A stretch of 64,000 nt of DNA from Clostridia bacterium (GTDB lineage Bacteria; Bacillota; Clostridia; Christensenellales; Aristaeellaceae): NCBI GenBank assembly GCA_036756425.1, contig DAIOLC010000001.1, positions 6,023 through 70,022 of the forward strand. Reading direction: 5' to 3'. Under the pieces are notes generated by a model. It had not been told where the DNA came from. It saw only the letters and a program-made list of their open reading frames with translations, and made no database searches. Of this stretch, positions 19,625 to 30,077 are shown in pieces (the first letter of the stretch is position 1; the number at the start of each line of letters is the position of its first letter). Both the position numbers and the translations under genes were made by a program.

Positions 19625-21517
19625 TCAGGGATTCGGTTCCTCCGGCTCAAACAGCCAGTATCCCGTCAGGAAATCCGTCCGCTGGGAGATGAAATTGTGC
19701 AGGTAGTCGATGTTCTCCGGGTAATCCTCCCCGGAACGGACCTTGCTTTTCCCGCCGTTGAAAATCGGGTATCGGGTGAAATTCATGTCCGCCGAGGCTC
19801 TGATTTCGTCCGCGTACTCCCGCACGGAACGCACCCCGGAACTGTTGTCGCCCCTGCCCGTGAGGTCCAATAGGGCGGGCAGGAAATCCTTCCGGTACGC
19901 ACGGACGACCGCCGCCCGGAAGTCCATGTGCTTGTACAGGGCCGGGAACAGATAGTACGGCTCTCCCATGTCCTGGTTGGTGATAAAAAACTGGGGAATG
20001 ATCATCTTCAGGTTTCGGCTGGTCGCGTAATTGCCAAGGGCGATGTCATAATCCCAGGCGGGGCCGCAATACGCCAGGGCGCTCTGCCCGTCGGCAGGCT
20101 TGTAGAAAAACAGGCTGCTGCGGTTGCCGTCATAGTTCTTGGAGATTTCCTCAATCAGGTATTTCTTCGCGAGTGATTCCAGGTCGACGAACTCGCTGTA
20201 GTGCTTCCTGGAGAGCGGGTCGATTCCGTCCTCCGCGAAGACGGCGTTTTCAAACCCCTGCATGAAGGTATAAATATATTCCACTTGCCCGCGGCTGGCG
20301 TACCTGGGTTCCTTGACGAGGACCGGCTGTCCCCTGGAGGTGACGAAGCCGCTGGGCTCCAGCAGGTACCGGTCGTAGTATTCCAGCTCCAGCAGGTATC
20401 CGCCGCTGATGTCCCCAGGCATGGCGGGAATGCGCCGCCCCTTGACTGACCCCTTGCCGAACTCGCTGTTGAAGGGCGGATATCCGGAAAGTGGGAGCTG
20501 ATTCGCCTTCCCGGTCGCCTTTTCCAGGTCCCGAATGTCCACGCGGCTGTCGCCGATTTCCACCTTTTCGCACAGCAGGTAAGCCCCCCGGTACTCCTGG
20601 TTGATGTAAAGGTCCACAGCCTGCGACTTGGACGAGTACGGCAGACCCGCCGCACCCGCGAGGTCCAGCACGACCCGGTTGCGCAGCAGCGAGTTGTCGT
20701 AGTGGTTGGCGAGCAGGATCCAGGTTTTGCTCCGGCCCAGTCCAAAGAGGTCCCGGGCTTCCTCCAGTTTGATCTGATAGGGTTTCTTGGCCAGGCTGAA
20801 GGTCCAGTTGCCCCTGCCCTTGACCTGGCTGAGCCCCCCGTCGTGGGAAACCTCGCCCGAGGGTTCCAGAATCAGCAGATGCCCGGGCTCCTCCCGGTTT
20901 TTGTTGTGGTGGATGATGTCCAGCGTTCCGGAGCGCGTGCTGACGAAGAGGGCGGGCACGTTTTCGGATTTCATGACCTGCAGCGTATACTTTCCCCTGT
21001 CCGTGGCCATGCGCGTCCCGCCGGCGTCCGCCGGGGGGACGAAAGGCGCCCCGGATTCCACGGGGCTCCCGTCCAGCGAAAACTTTTTCGCCCCGCTGTA
21101 ATGCAGCCTCAATCCGCCCGGCTCTGCGCCGGCGGGCAGGAAGATATAGTAAACGCGCCTTCGCTCGCTAAGCCAGGCCTTGACCGCTACGGGCTCCGGC
21201 TGCTCCCCGGCAACCGAGGAAGCGCCGGAAGGCGAAAACGTTGCCCACAGCGAGAACTCCTGGTCCGCGCCCGCGAGGAAGCGGGGGAACAGCAGCGCCA
21301 GCGCAAGCAGCGCCGTCGTGAGCGTCCGGATCGGGGATGAAAACCGCACACAGCCTCCTGTCGGCGCATTGACGGGGTCGTAATGCCGATATCCGCCCGG
21401 ATTATAGTACACACTGCATGAACGGACAATCTCAGGCGACCTCGGCGCCCCCTTTTCGCGAATATGCTTTTGGGCATTTCTCCGCGCATTCGCATTCCTT
21501 TTGAGAACGCGCCGCAT
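19625..21517 (-). CDS. CotH-family protein (atypical kinase fold), secreted or anchored
   Basis: It has an N-terminal hydrophobic anchor. The central region resembles CotH (SKTWILLANHYDNSLLRNRVVLDLA...YINQEYRGAYLLCEKVE...). It is paralogous to 60527-63643. Confidence 0.72.
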   Translation of the reverse strand: MRRVLKRNANARRNAQKHIREKGAPRSPEIVRSCSVYYNPGGYRHYDPVNAPTGGCVRFSSPIRTLTTALLALALLFPRFLAGADQEFSLWATFSPSGASSVAGEQPEPVAVKAWLSERRRVYYIFLPAGAEPGGLRLHYSGAKKFSLDGSPVESGAPFVPPADAGGTRMATDRGKYTLQVMKSENVPALFVSTRSGTLDIIHHNKNREEPGHLLILEPSGEVSHDGGLSQVKGRGNWTFSLAKKPYQIKLEEARDLFGLGRSKTWILLANHYDNSLLRNRVVLDLAGAAGLPYSSKSQAVDLYINQEYRGAYLLCEKVEIGDSRVDIRDLEKATGKANQLPLSGYPPFNSEFGKGSVKGRRIPAMPGDISGGYLLELEYYDRYLLEPSGFVTSRGQPVLVKEPRYASRGQVEYIYTFMQGFENAVFAEDGIDPLSRKHYSEFVDLESLAKKYLIEEISKNYDGNRSSLFFYKPADGQSALAYCGPAWDYDIALGNYATSRNLKMIIPQFFITNQDMGEPYYLFPALYKHMDFRAAVVRAYRKDFLPALLDLTGRGDNSSGVRSVREYADEIRASADMNFTRYPIFNGGKSKVRSGEDYPENIDYLHNFISQRTDFLTGYWLFEPEEPNP

Positions 21518-21556
21518 GCGCCGGGCCTGGACCTCCGGAGAACCCTTGGAAAAATG

Positions 21557-21586
21557 TTGACAATTCCTAAGGATGTCTTGTAATAT
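21557..21586 (+). promoter_or_regulatory. Strong sigma-70-type promoter candidate for the rpsL operon
   Basis: TTGACA (21557-21562), an 18-nt spacer ending in TG, then TAATAT (21581-21586). It is followed by a structured leader of about 155 nt. Confidence 0.55.
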
Positions 21587-21744
21587 ATATAGGTTGCCTC
21601 TTGTATGGCAACCTGTCCGCCCCGGCGGCTTGTTTCAGGCGTCCGGCGGCAGCAAGGAAGACTATATATTCCCGGGGGTTGCGGGAATGTTATAGGAGGA
21701 GACCCCTCATCCGGGCTCCGATCAAAAATCAGGAGGTGCTCCAT

Positions 21745-22119
21745 TTGCCCACGATCAATCAGTTGATCCGCAAGGGACGTAAGAAAATCGTCCTGAAGTC
21801 CGACGCGCCCATCCTGCAGGGTTGTCCGCAGAAGCGCGGTGTCTGCCTGTCCGTGAAGACGACGACGCCCAAGAAGCCCAATTCCGCGCTGCGCAAAATC
21901 GCGAGAATCAGGCTGACAAACCAGATTGAAGGCACGTGCTACATTCCTGGCATCGGCCACAATCTGCAGGAGCATAGCGTCGTGCTCATCCGCGGCGGCC
22001 GCGTGCGCGACCTGCCCGGCGTGCGCTACCACATCATCCGCGGCGCCCTGGACACCGCCGGCGTCGCCAAGCGCAACCAGGGACGTTCGCTCTACGGCGC
22101 CAAGCGCCCGAAGAAGTAA
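21745..22119 (+). CDS. rpsL: 30S ribosomal protein S12
   Basis: The TTG start at 21745 follows AGGAGG (21731-21736). Translation reads (M)[13 protein letters not shown]...[10 protein letters not shown]...[13 protein letters not shown]. The track ORF starts too far upstream (21601). Confidence 0.95.
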   Translation: MPTINQLIRKGRKKIVLKSDAPILQGCPQKRGVCLSVKTTTPKKPNSALRKIARIRLTNQIEGTCYIPGIGHNLQEHSVVLIRGGRVRDLPGVRYHIIRGALDTAGVAKRNQGRSLYGAKRPKK

Positions 22120-22275
22120 CAATAGCCGCCCGGCGGGCATGAACGCCGCCAGGGCGCCCGTTCCGCTTGGAACTGCGGACGCGCGCGGCGGCAGGGACTG
22201 CCCAAAAGGCCCACGGCGTGTGCTGAACGCCGCCGGCCTCCGGACGATCAGGCGAAAGACAAGAGGAGGAAACCT

Positions 22276-22746
22276 ATGCCCCGTCGCGGATTTATCCCCA
22301 AGCGCGAAGTGCTGCCCGACCCGATTTACGGGACGGTGACGGTCACCAAGCTCATCAACCAGATGATGCTGGACGGCAAGCGCGGCGTTGCGCAGAACGT
22401 CTGCTATTCGGCGTTCAACATGGTCAAGGAAAAGACCGGCAAGGAAGCCGGCGACGTTTTCCAGGACGCGCTCAATAACATCCTTCCCCAGCTGGAGGTC
22501 AAAGCCCGCCGCGTCGGCGGCGCGACCTACCAGGTGCCCATCGAAATCCGCCCCGAGCGCCGGCAGACCCTGGCGCTGCGCTGGCTTGTGGAGTTCAGCC
22601 GCAAGCGCGGCGAGCGCACCATGGCGGAGCGCCTGGCGGCCGAAGTGATGGACGCCGCCAACAACACCGGAAACGCGGTGAAGCGCAAGGAAGAGATGCA
22701 CCGCATGGCGGAAGCCAACAAGGCCTTCGCCCACTACCGCTGGTAA
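22276..22746 (+). CDS. rpsG: 30S ribosomal protein S7
   Basis: [19 protein letters not shown]...[12 protein letters not shown]...AHYRW. Confidence 0.97.
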   Translation: MPRRGFIPKREVLPDPIYGTVTVTKLINQMMLDGKRGVAQNVCYSAFNMVKEKTGKEAGDVFQDALNNILPQLEVKARRVGGATYQVPIEIRPERRQTLALRWLVEFSRKRGERTMAERLAAEVMDAANNTGNAVKRKEEMHRMAEANKAFAHYRW

Positions 22747-22784
22747 TCGACACCCTTCCCCTTGGATAGGAGTTAGGACTGTTC

Positions 22785-24854
22785 ATGCTAAGAGACCACC
22801 CCCTGGATAAAGTTCGGAACATCGGCATCATGGCGCACATCGACGCCGGGAAGACGACGACGACCGAACGCATCCTGTTCTACACCGGCCGTGTCCACCG
22901 CATGGGGGAAACCCATGAGGGCGGGGCGACCATGGACTGGATGGACCAGGAAAAGGAACGCGGAATCACCATCACTTCCGCCGCAACGACGGCGGTGTGG
23001 CACGATTACCGCATCAACATCATCGATACACCCGGCCACGTGGACTTCACCGTGGAGGTGGAGCGTTCCCTGCGTGTGCTGGACGGGGCCGTCGCCGTGT
23101 TCTGCGCCAAGGGCGGCGTCGAGCCGCAGAGCGAGACCGTGTGGCGCCAGGCCAACAAATATGGCGTTCCACGCATCGCCTACGTGAACAAGATGGACAT
23201 CGTCGGCGCGGATTACTTCCACGTCATCGGGATGCTCAACGACCGGCTCAGCGCCAACGCCATCCCGGTTCAGCTGCCCATCGGAAGCGAAAGCAGCTTC
23301 CGCGGCATCATCGACCTCATCCTCATGAAGGCGGAGGTCTACTATGACGACGAGGGCAAGGACATCCGCGAGGAGGAAATCCCCGCGGAGCTGCGCCCGC
23401 TGGCGGACGAGTACCGCGAGCGCCTCATCGACGCGGTCGTCGGCACTGACGAAGGCCTGATGGAAAAATACTACGGCGGCGAGGAAATCACCCGGGAAGA
23501 CCTGAACAAGGCCATCCGGAAGGCGACCATCGCCTGCGAGATGACGCCGGTCCTGTGCGGCACCTCCTACCGGAACAAGGGCGTTCAGCCCCTGCTGGAC
23601 GCTGTGTGCGAGTTTATGCCGTCCCCGCTGGACATCCCCTCCATCAAGGGGGTGGACCCCCGGCACGAAGGCAAAGAGATTGAACGGCACCCCAGCGACG
23701 ACGAGCCGTTCTCCGCGCTGGCGTTCAAGATTGCCGTGGACCCCTTTGTGGGCAAGCTGGCGTTTTTCCGCGTCTACTCCGGCAAGGTTTCCGCGAATTC
23801 CTACGTTTACAACTCCACCAAAGGCAAGCGGGAGCGCTTCAGCCGCATCCTGCGCATGCATTCAAACCACCGGGAGGACATCGAAAGCGTGTTCACCGGG
23901 GACATCGCGGCGGCCGTCGGATTGAAAGAGACCACAACCGGCGATACCCTCTGCGACGACAAGTCGCCCATCATCCTGGAGTCCCTGGAGTTCCCCGAGC
24001 CGGTCATCCGGGTCGCCATCGAGCCGAAGACCAAGGCCGGGCAGGACAAGCTCAGCTACGCCCTGACCCGCCTGGCGGAGGAAGACCCGACGTTTAAGAC
24101 CTACACCGACCAGGAGACCGGCCAGACCATCATCGCGGGCATGGGGGAACTGCACCTGGAAATCATCGTGGACCGCATGATGCGTGAGTTCCGCGTCGAG
24201 GCCACCATCGGCAAGCCCCAGGTCGCCTACAAGGAGACCATCCGCAAAACCGCCCTCGGCGAAGGGCGCCACGTCAAGCAGACGGGCGGCCACGGCCAGT
24301 ACGGCCACTGCGTCATCGAGCTGACCCCGGCGAAGCCCGGCGAGGGCTACAGCTTTGAAAGCCGCATCGTGGGCGGCGTCATCCCCAGGGAGTACATCGC
24401 CCCCATCGACGCGGGCATCCGCGAGGCCGCCCAGTCGGGCGTCCTGGGCGGGTACGAGGTGGTGGACTTCAAGGCCGCCGTGATCGACGGCTCCTACCAC
24501 GAGGTGGACTCCTCGGAAATCGCCTTCAAGATCGCGGGCTCCCTGGCGTTCAAGGATGCCATGCGCAAGGCGGACAGCGTGCTGCTGGAGCCGATGATGA
24601 AAATCGAGGTCATCGTGCCCGACCAGTACATGGGCGACGTCATCGGCGACCTCAACGCCCGCCGCGGCCGCATCGAGACCTACGAGGCGCGCCTGGGCGA
24701 CGAGGTCATCCATGCATACGCGCCGCTGAGCGAGATGTTCGGCTACGCGACCGATCTGCGCAGCAGGACCCAGGGCCGCGGGATGTTCACGATGTCCTTC
24801 GACCACTACGTTGAAGTACCCAAGTTCGTGGCCGAGAAAATCATCGGCCACTGA
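22785..24854 (+). CDS. fusA: Elongation factor G
   Basis: G1 motif [12 protein letters not shown], then DTPGHVDF and NKMD. It has full five-domain length (689 aa). Confidence 0.97.
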   Translation: MLRDHPLDKVRNIGIMAHIDAGKTTTTERILFYTGRVHRMGETHEGGATMDWMDQEKERGITITSAATTAVWHDYRINIIDTPGHVDFTVEVERSLRVLDGAVAVFCAKGGVEPQSETVWRQANKYGVPRIAYVNKMDIVGADYFHVIGMLNDRLSANAIPVQLPIGSESSFRGIIDLILMKAEVYYDDEGKDIREEEIPAELRPLADEYRERLIDAVVGTDEGLMEKYYGGEEITREDLNKAIRKATIACEMTPVLCGTSYRNKGVQPLLDAVCEFMPSPLDIPSIKGVDPRHEGKEIERHPSDDEPFSALAFKIAVDPFVGKLAFFRVYSGKVSANSYVYNSTKGKRERFSRILRMHSNHREDIESVFTGDIAAAVGLKETTTGDTLCDDKSPIILESLEFPEPVIRVAIEPKTKAGQDKLSYALTRLAEEDPTFKTYTDQETGQTIIAGMGELHLEIIVDRMMREFRVEATIGKPQVAYKETIRKTALGEGRHVKQTGGHGQYGHCVIELTPAKPGEGYSFESRIVGGVIPREYIAPIDAGIREAAQSGVLGGYEVVDFKAAVIDGSYHEVDSSEIAFKIAGSLAFKDAMRKADSVLLEPMMKIEVIVPDQYMGDVIGDLNARRGRIETYEARLGDEVIHAYAPLSEMFGYATDLRSRTQGRGMFTMSFDHYVEVPKFVAEKIIGH

Positions 24855-24900
24855 CCCATCAGAGATGAATACGGACAATCCTTAAGGAGGAAGACAACCC

Positions 24901-26118
<1,218 letters not shown>

Positions 26119-26159
26119 TTACAAAACGGGACTTTTGCCTGAAAAGTGAGGTGTAAACC

Positions 26160-26324
26160 ATGGCAGTCAAGGAAGCGCGCTCCAACATCGTGCTGGCGTG
26201 CAACGATTGCAAGCAGCGCAACTACAACACCATCAAGAACAAGAAGAACAACCCCGAACGCATCGAGCTGACCAAGTATTGCCGTTTCTGCAGGAAGCAT
26301 ACCGCGCATCGCGAAACGAGGTAA
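26160..26324 (+). CDS. rpmG: 50S ribosomal protein L33
   Basis: This is my own translation, because the ORF is below the track length cut-off: [54 protein letters not shown]. It contains CxxC...CxxC and has a GAGGTG RBS upstream. Confidence 0.9.
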   Translation: MAVKEARSNIVLACNDCKQRNYNTIKNKKNNPERIELTKYCRFCRKHTAHRETR

Positions 26325-26328
26325 TCCG

Positions 26329-26643
26329 ATGGCAGAAGATAAGACGAAGCGCATGCCCGCGAAAGCGGACGACAAGGCGAAACGCGCCCCCGCCAAGGCC
26401 GGGGAAAAGCCAAGCGGCCTGGCGCGCGTCCTGGGTTTCTTCCGGAACCTGCCGGCGAACATCGCCAAGCCGTTCAAGAACACCTGGCGCGAACTGCGCA
26501 AGGTGACCTGGCCGACCCGGGAGAACCTGATCAACTCGACCCTGCTGGTCCTGGCGTTCATGGTGTTCATGGGCGTGGTCATCGGCCTTCTGGACATGGG
26601 CTCCACGGAAGTCATCAAGCTCCTGTCCCGCTGGGCGGCCTGA
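26329..26643 (+). CDS. secE: Preprotein translocase subunit SecE
   Basis: It has a basic N-terminal tail, the segment ELRKVTWPTRENLINSTLLVLAFMVFMGVVIGLLD (a single TM), and sits between rpmG and nusG. Confidence 0.87.
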   Translation: MAEDKTKRMPAKADDKAKRAPAKAGEKPSGLARVLGFFRNLPANIAKPFKNTWRELRKVTWPTRENLINSTLLVLAFMVFMGVVIGLLDMGSTEVIKLLSRWAA

Positions 26644-26654
26644 TTGGAGACGCA

Positions 26655-27197
26655 ATGCCTGAACAGGAAATGAACCCCAAGACACCCGCGTGGTACGTCG
26701 TCCACACCTACTCCGGCTATGAGAACAAGGTGAAGGACAACCTGGAGAAGGCTGCCGAGAACAACCGGATGCAGCACCTAATCCAGGAAGTCCAGGTTCC
26801 CATGGAGGACGTCGCCGAAATCAAGAACGGAAAGCGGGTCATCACCCAGCACAAGACCTTTCCCGGTTATGTGCTGGTCAAGATGATCATCACCAGCGAA
26901 TCCTGGTACGTGGTGCGCAACACCCGCGGCGTGACCGGCTTCGTCGGTCCGGAAAGCAAGCCGGTCCCGCTGACGGATGCCGAGTTTGAGACCATGATGA
27001 ACAGCCAGCCCCAGGCTGAGGCAACCAAACTGGTGGTGGGCGAGGAAATCAGGATTCTCAGCGGCCCGCTTGAGAACTTCACCGGCGTCGTGGAGGCCGT
27101 GGACGTTGTCCGCGGCAAGCTCCAGGTCAAGGTCAAGATGTTCCTGGGCCGCGAAATGCAGGTCGAAATCGACCTGGACCAGGCCGAAAAGGCCTGA
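26655..27197 (+). CDS. nusG: Transcription termination/antitermination factor NusG
   Basis: WYVVHTYSGYENKV (NGN domain) and a KOW segment GEEIRILSGPLENFTGVVEAVD. Confidence 0.95.
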   Translation: MPEQEMNPKTPAWYVVHTYSGYENKVKDNLEKAAENNRMQHLIQEVQVPMEDVAEIKNGKRVITQHKTFPGYVLVKMIITSESWYVVRNTRGVTGFVGPESKPVPLTDAEFETMMNSQPQAEATKLVVGEEIRILSGPLENFTGVVEAVDVVRGKLQVKVKMFLGREMQVEIDLDQAEKA

Positions 27198-27271
27198 GCG
27201 ACAACCAGCCCCAGACGTGGGAGGCGCGTTTCGCGCCGCCATAACCACAAAGCGTAGGAGGAGCCATCAAC

Positions 27272-27697
27272 ATGGCAAAGAAAGTCACCGCGATTATCAA
27301 GCTGCAGGTCAGCGCCGCCAAAGCCACCCCCGCCCCGCCCATCGGGCCGGCGCTGGGCCAGCATGGCGTCAACATCCCCGGCTTCTGCAAGGAGTTCAAC
27401 GAGCGGACGGCCAAGCAAGCCGGCTATACCATTCCGGTTGTCATCACGGTCTATTCGGACCGCTCCTTCACCTTTATCACCAAGACCCCGCCCGTGCCGG
27501 ACCTGATCAAGAAGACGCTGAACATCGAGAGCGGCAGCGACAAGCCCAACAAGAACAAGGTCGCCCAGCTCACCAGCCAGCAGGTCCGCGACATCGCGAC
27601 CCAGAAAATGTCCGACCTGAACGCCGCGAGCATCGAGGCAGCGATGAGCATGGTCAAGGGCACCGCCCGCAGCATGGGCGTCACCGTTGAGGAATAA
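27272..27697 (+). CDS. rplK: 50S ribosomal protein L11
   Basis: [35 protein letters not shown]... Confidence 0.97.
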   Translation: MAKKVTAIIKLQVSAAKATPAPPIGPALGQHGVNIPGFCKEFNERTAKQAGYTIPVVITVYSDRSFTFITKTPPVPDLIKKTLNIESGSDKPNKNKVAQLTSQQVRDIATQKMSDLNAASIEAAMSMVKGTARSMGVTVEE

Positions 27698-27751
27698 GGG
27701 AAGGTTTGTGGGAGGACTTCGGGCCGCTATTACCACAGGAAGGAACTGAAC

Positions 27752-28441
27752 ATGAAACACGGAAAGAAATACCTTGAGTCAAAAAAGCTCATCGACGAAG
27801 CCAAGCTCTACGACCCTGCCGAGGCCATCGCGCTGGTCAAGCAGACCGGCAAAGCCAAGTTTGACGAAACAGTGGAGCTTTCCATCCGCCTGGGCGTGGA
27901 CCCGCGCCATGCCGACCAGCAAATCCGCGGCGCGGTCGTGCTGCCCCACGGCACCGGCCGTGTGGTGCGCGTGCTGGTGTTCGCCAAGGCGGACAAGGCC
28001 GATGAAGCCCGCGCCGCCGGAGCGGACTATGTGGGCGACAACGACCTGGTCGAGAAAATCCGCACGGAAAACTGGTTCGAGTTCGACGTCTGCGTCGCGA
28101 CGCCGGACATGATGGGCGTCGTCGGCAAGATTGGCCGCATCCTGGGCCCCAAGGGCCTGATGCCCAACCCCAAGTCCGGCACGGTCACCAACGACGTCGC
28201 CAAGGCCATCTCCGACATCAAGGGCGGCAAGGTGGAGTACAGGATTGACAAGACGGCCATCGCCCACTGCCCCATCGGCAAGGTGTCCTTTGACGAGACG
28301 AAACTGGTGGAGAACCTCTCCGCGCTCATGGATGCCGTGGTGAAGGCCAAGCCCCCGACGGCCAAGGGTATTTACCTGCGCTCCCTGTACCTGAGCACGA
28401 CCATGGGGCCTTCCATCCGCCTGAATCCGCTGAAATTCTAA
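27752..28441 (+). CDS. rplA: 50S ribosomal protein L1
   Basis: [15 protein letters not shown]...[23 protein letters not shown]...[14 protein letters not shown]. Confidence 0.97.
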   Translation: MKHGKKYLESKKLIDEAKLYDPAEAIALVKQTGKAKFDETVELSIRLGVDPRHADQQIRGAVVLPHGTGRVVRVLVFAKADKADEARAAGADYVGDNDLVEKIRTENWFEFDVCVATPDMMGVVGKIGRILGPKGLMPNPKSGTVTNDVAKAISDIKGGKVEYRIDKTAIAHCPIGKVSFDETKLVENLSALMDAVVKAKPPTAKGIYLRSLYLSTTMGPSIRLNPLKF

Positions 28442-28471
28442 GCAAAACAGCCTGGATTCCATCAATAACAA

Positions 28472-28496
28472 AGCCCGCGCCTGCGGGCTTTTTCTT
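28472..28496. terminator. Rho-independent terminator after rplA (also faces the convergent gene)
   Basis: AGCCCGC-gcct-GCGGGCT followed by TTTTCTTCTT, with an A-rich 5' flank. Confidence 0.75.
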
Positions 28497-28520
28497 CTTG
28501 CTGTCTTTCCGGACAGGGAC

Positions 28521-29459
28521 TCAGCGCAGGGTCCTCATGCCCTTGTAGAGAGACAGCGGGGAATCGTAATACCCTGTGCCCAGCGTTTTGTAGGCTTGTA
28601 CCTTGAAATAGTAGGCGGTGCCCGGAGCCAGGCCGGTGATTGCGACACTGGTGCCAGTCAGCCGCCTGATGAGCGTATAGGCGCCCGCAGCAGTGGTGCT
28701 CTGGAACAGGCGGTAACCGGTGGCGCCGGCCACATTGCCCCAGGTGACGGTAACGCGGTCGCGCCTGATTGCGGAGAAAGATGTAATAACCGGTTTCGCC
28801 AGCGGCACTCCGATGGCGTTGGCGCTGAAATGCCCCGAGGGGAACGCCGCGGTGTTCACCAGGTTATAGGCGCGCACTTTGTACACATAGGTCTTGCCAG
28901 GGGTGAGGTTGGAGTCCGCGAAACCCAAAGCCCCGGTTCGCTTGATGAAGGCAAAGGGCCCGGCGGTCGAGGCGGCGCGCCAGACCTCATAACCGGTCGC
29001 GCCGCTGACCCTGGTCCAGGTGAGCTTAAGCGAGGTCCCGCTGACTGCCGCCACCTTGGTGATTTTCGGCGCCGGGCGCAGGGAGACTTTGGTCAGCGGG
29101 GACTCCGCGATTGCGTGGTTGTATTGAACCAGGTCGTACACATATGTATTGCTGTAATAATAGCCCGGCTTTGACACCACCGTCTGGAAGGTATTTGTCG
29201 CCGAGTCGATGGAGGATTTGACTTCGTAGAAAGTTTGGATTCCGCCGGGGGTGGAGTAATATACGTAAAAAGCATAGGAGTAGCTGCCGCTGCCCGCGTA
29301 GTAATGGCTGAGGGTATATGTGAGGGTGTCCCCGACATAGGCGCTCTGTTTATCAACATAGGATTTGGCGTAAGAAATCATGGACGCCGGCGGCGTCCAT
29401 ACCGGCAGGGCGGAAACAAGCAACAGGGCGCTCAGCGCCAGGGCAAGGGTCCGTTTCAT
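28521..29459 (-). CDS. Secreted protein with two fibronectin type III domains
   Basis: It has a signal peptide MKRTLALALSALLLVSALP. Two FN3-like repeats are present (LKLTWTRVSGATGYEVWRA...GKTYVYKVRAY and VTVTWGNVAGATGYRLFQS...GTAYYFKVQAY). Confidence 0.72.
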   Translation of the reverse strand: MKRTLALALSALLLVSALPVWTPPASMISYAKSYVDKQSAYVGDTLTYTLSHYYAGSGSYSYAFYVYYSTPGGIQTFYEVKSSIDSATNTFQTVVSKPGYYYSNTYVYDLVQYNHAIAESPLTKVSLRPAPKITKVAAVSGTSLKLTWTRVSGATGYEVWRAASTAGPFAFIKRTGALGFADSNLTPGKTYVYKVRAYNLVNTAAFPSGHFSANAIGVPLAKPVITSFSAIRRDRVTVTWGNVAGATGYRLFQSTTAAGAYTLIRRLTGTSVAITGLAPGTAYYFKVQAYKTLGTGYYDSPLSLYKGMRTLR

Positions 29460-29690
29460 TCAATGCCTCCTTTGGGTTTAGTGGCTCATTGGGGTTGCGG
29501 GCGATGCCCGCAGGGCTGTATCCGGGCTGTTCAAGAGCCGGGCGCGCCCGGCGGGGCGTCGGAAGCAAAAACAAGTAACGTTTACAAGAATTACCCAATG
29601 GGAATCGTTTCAAACATGCGGGCTTGGCGAGGGATTTCCTGGCACGTATCATCGCGCACAAAGCGAAGGTCGCACAATATCATGCGGCTT

Positions 29691-30025
29691 CAGGCTGTCG
29701 TCAAACCTTACTACAGAGGTAACAACGGTGGGAATCGGGGGCGGCAGCCCACTGATGGAAATCGTGTCGGCCGGTTCTAACGGACGCGTGGGCGATTTTG
29801 CGAAAAGCGAAAATATTCAGCAGCAAACCTCATACCAAACCCAATCGAAAACGATTCCCTGGGATGGCTTATTGCGTCTCCGCGTTGCCTGTTTCACTCG
29901 GCGCAGGCTTCGGCTACGCCTCGTTCTTTCGGCATAACGGAGCCAATAAAATACTCATCGCTTCGGTGCGTTTACTTATTCGTTTGGATTCAGTATCAAA
30001 AAGGTCCGCAGGCTTTTTCGACAAG
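29691..30025 (-). repeat. Copy B (inverted, expanded) of the intergenic repeat seen at 6052-6232
   Basis: Read on the minus strand, it starts with CTTGTCGAAAAAGCCTGCGGACCTTTTTGA (a hairpin-module variant). About 164 extra nt follow (29832-29995). The conserved block is at 29831-29703 and ends ...CTGTAGTAAGGTTTGACGACAGCCTG. Confidence 0.7.
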
Positions 30026-30050
30026 AAAAGGCCGCGCGGTTCGCGCGGCC
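30026..30050 (-). terminator. Rho-independent terminator of the ispH/rpsA gene
   Basis: Minus-strand GGCCGCGCG-aac-CGCGCGGCC followed by TTTT, 28 nt after the stop at 30078. Confidence 0.72.
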
Positions 30051-30077
30051 AGTTGTAAGGGGATTTCCCCCGAAGTT

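Noticed and set aside
22120-22275. The 156-nt rpsL-rpsG spacer as the site of a small gene (some Firmicutes have an L7Ae-like gene near here).
   Set aside because: No ORF with a start codon and RBS is present. The spacer is GC-rich and probably just structured RNA.
27698-27751. The rplK-rplA spacer as an L1-binding autoregulatory mimic of the 23S L1 stalk.
   Set aside because: The spacer is only 54 nt. I could not verify the conserved L1 recognition nucleotides by eye, so it is too speculative.
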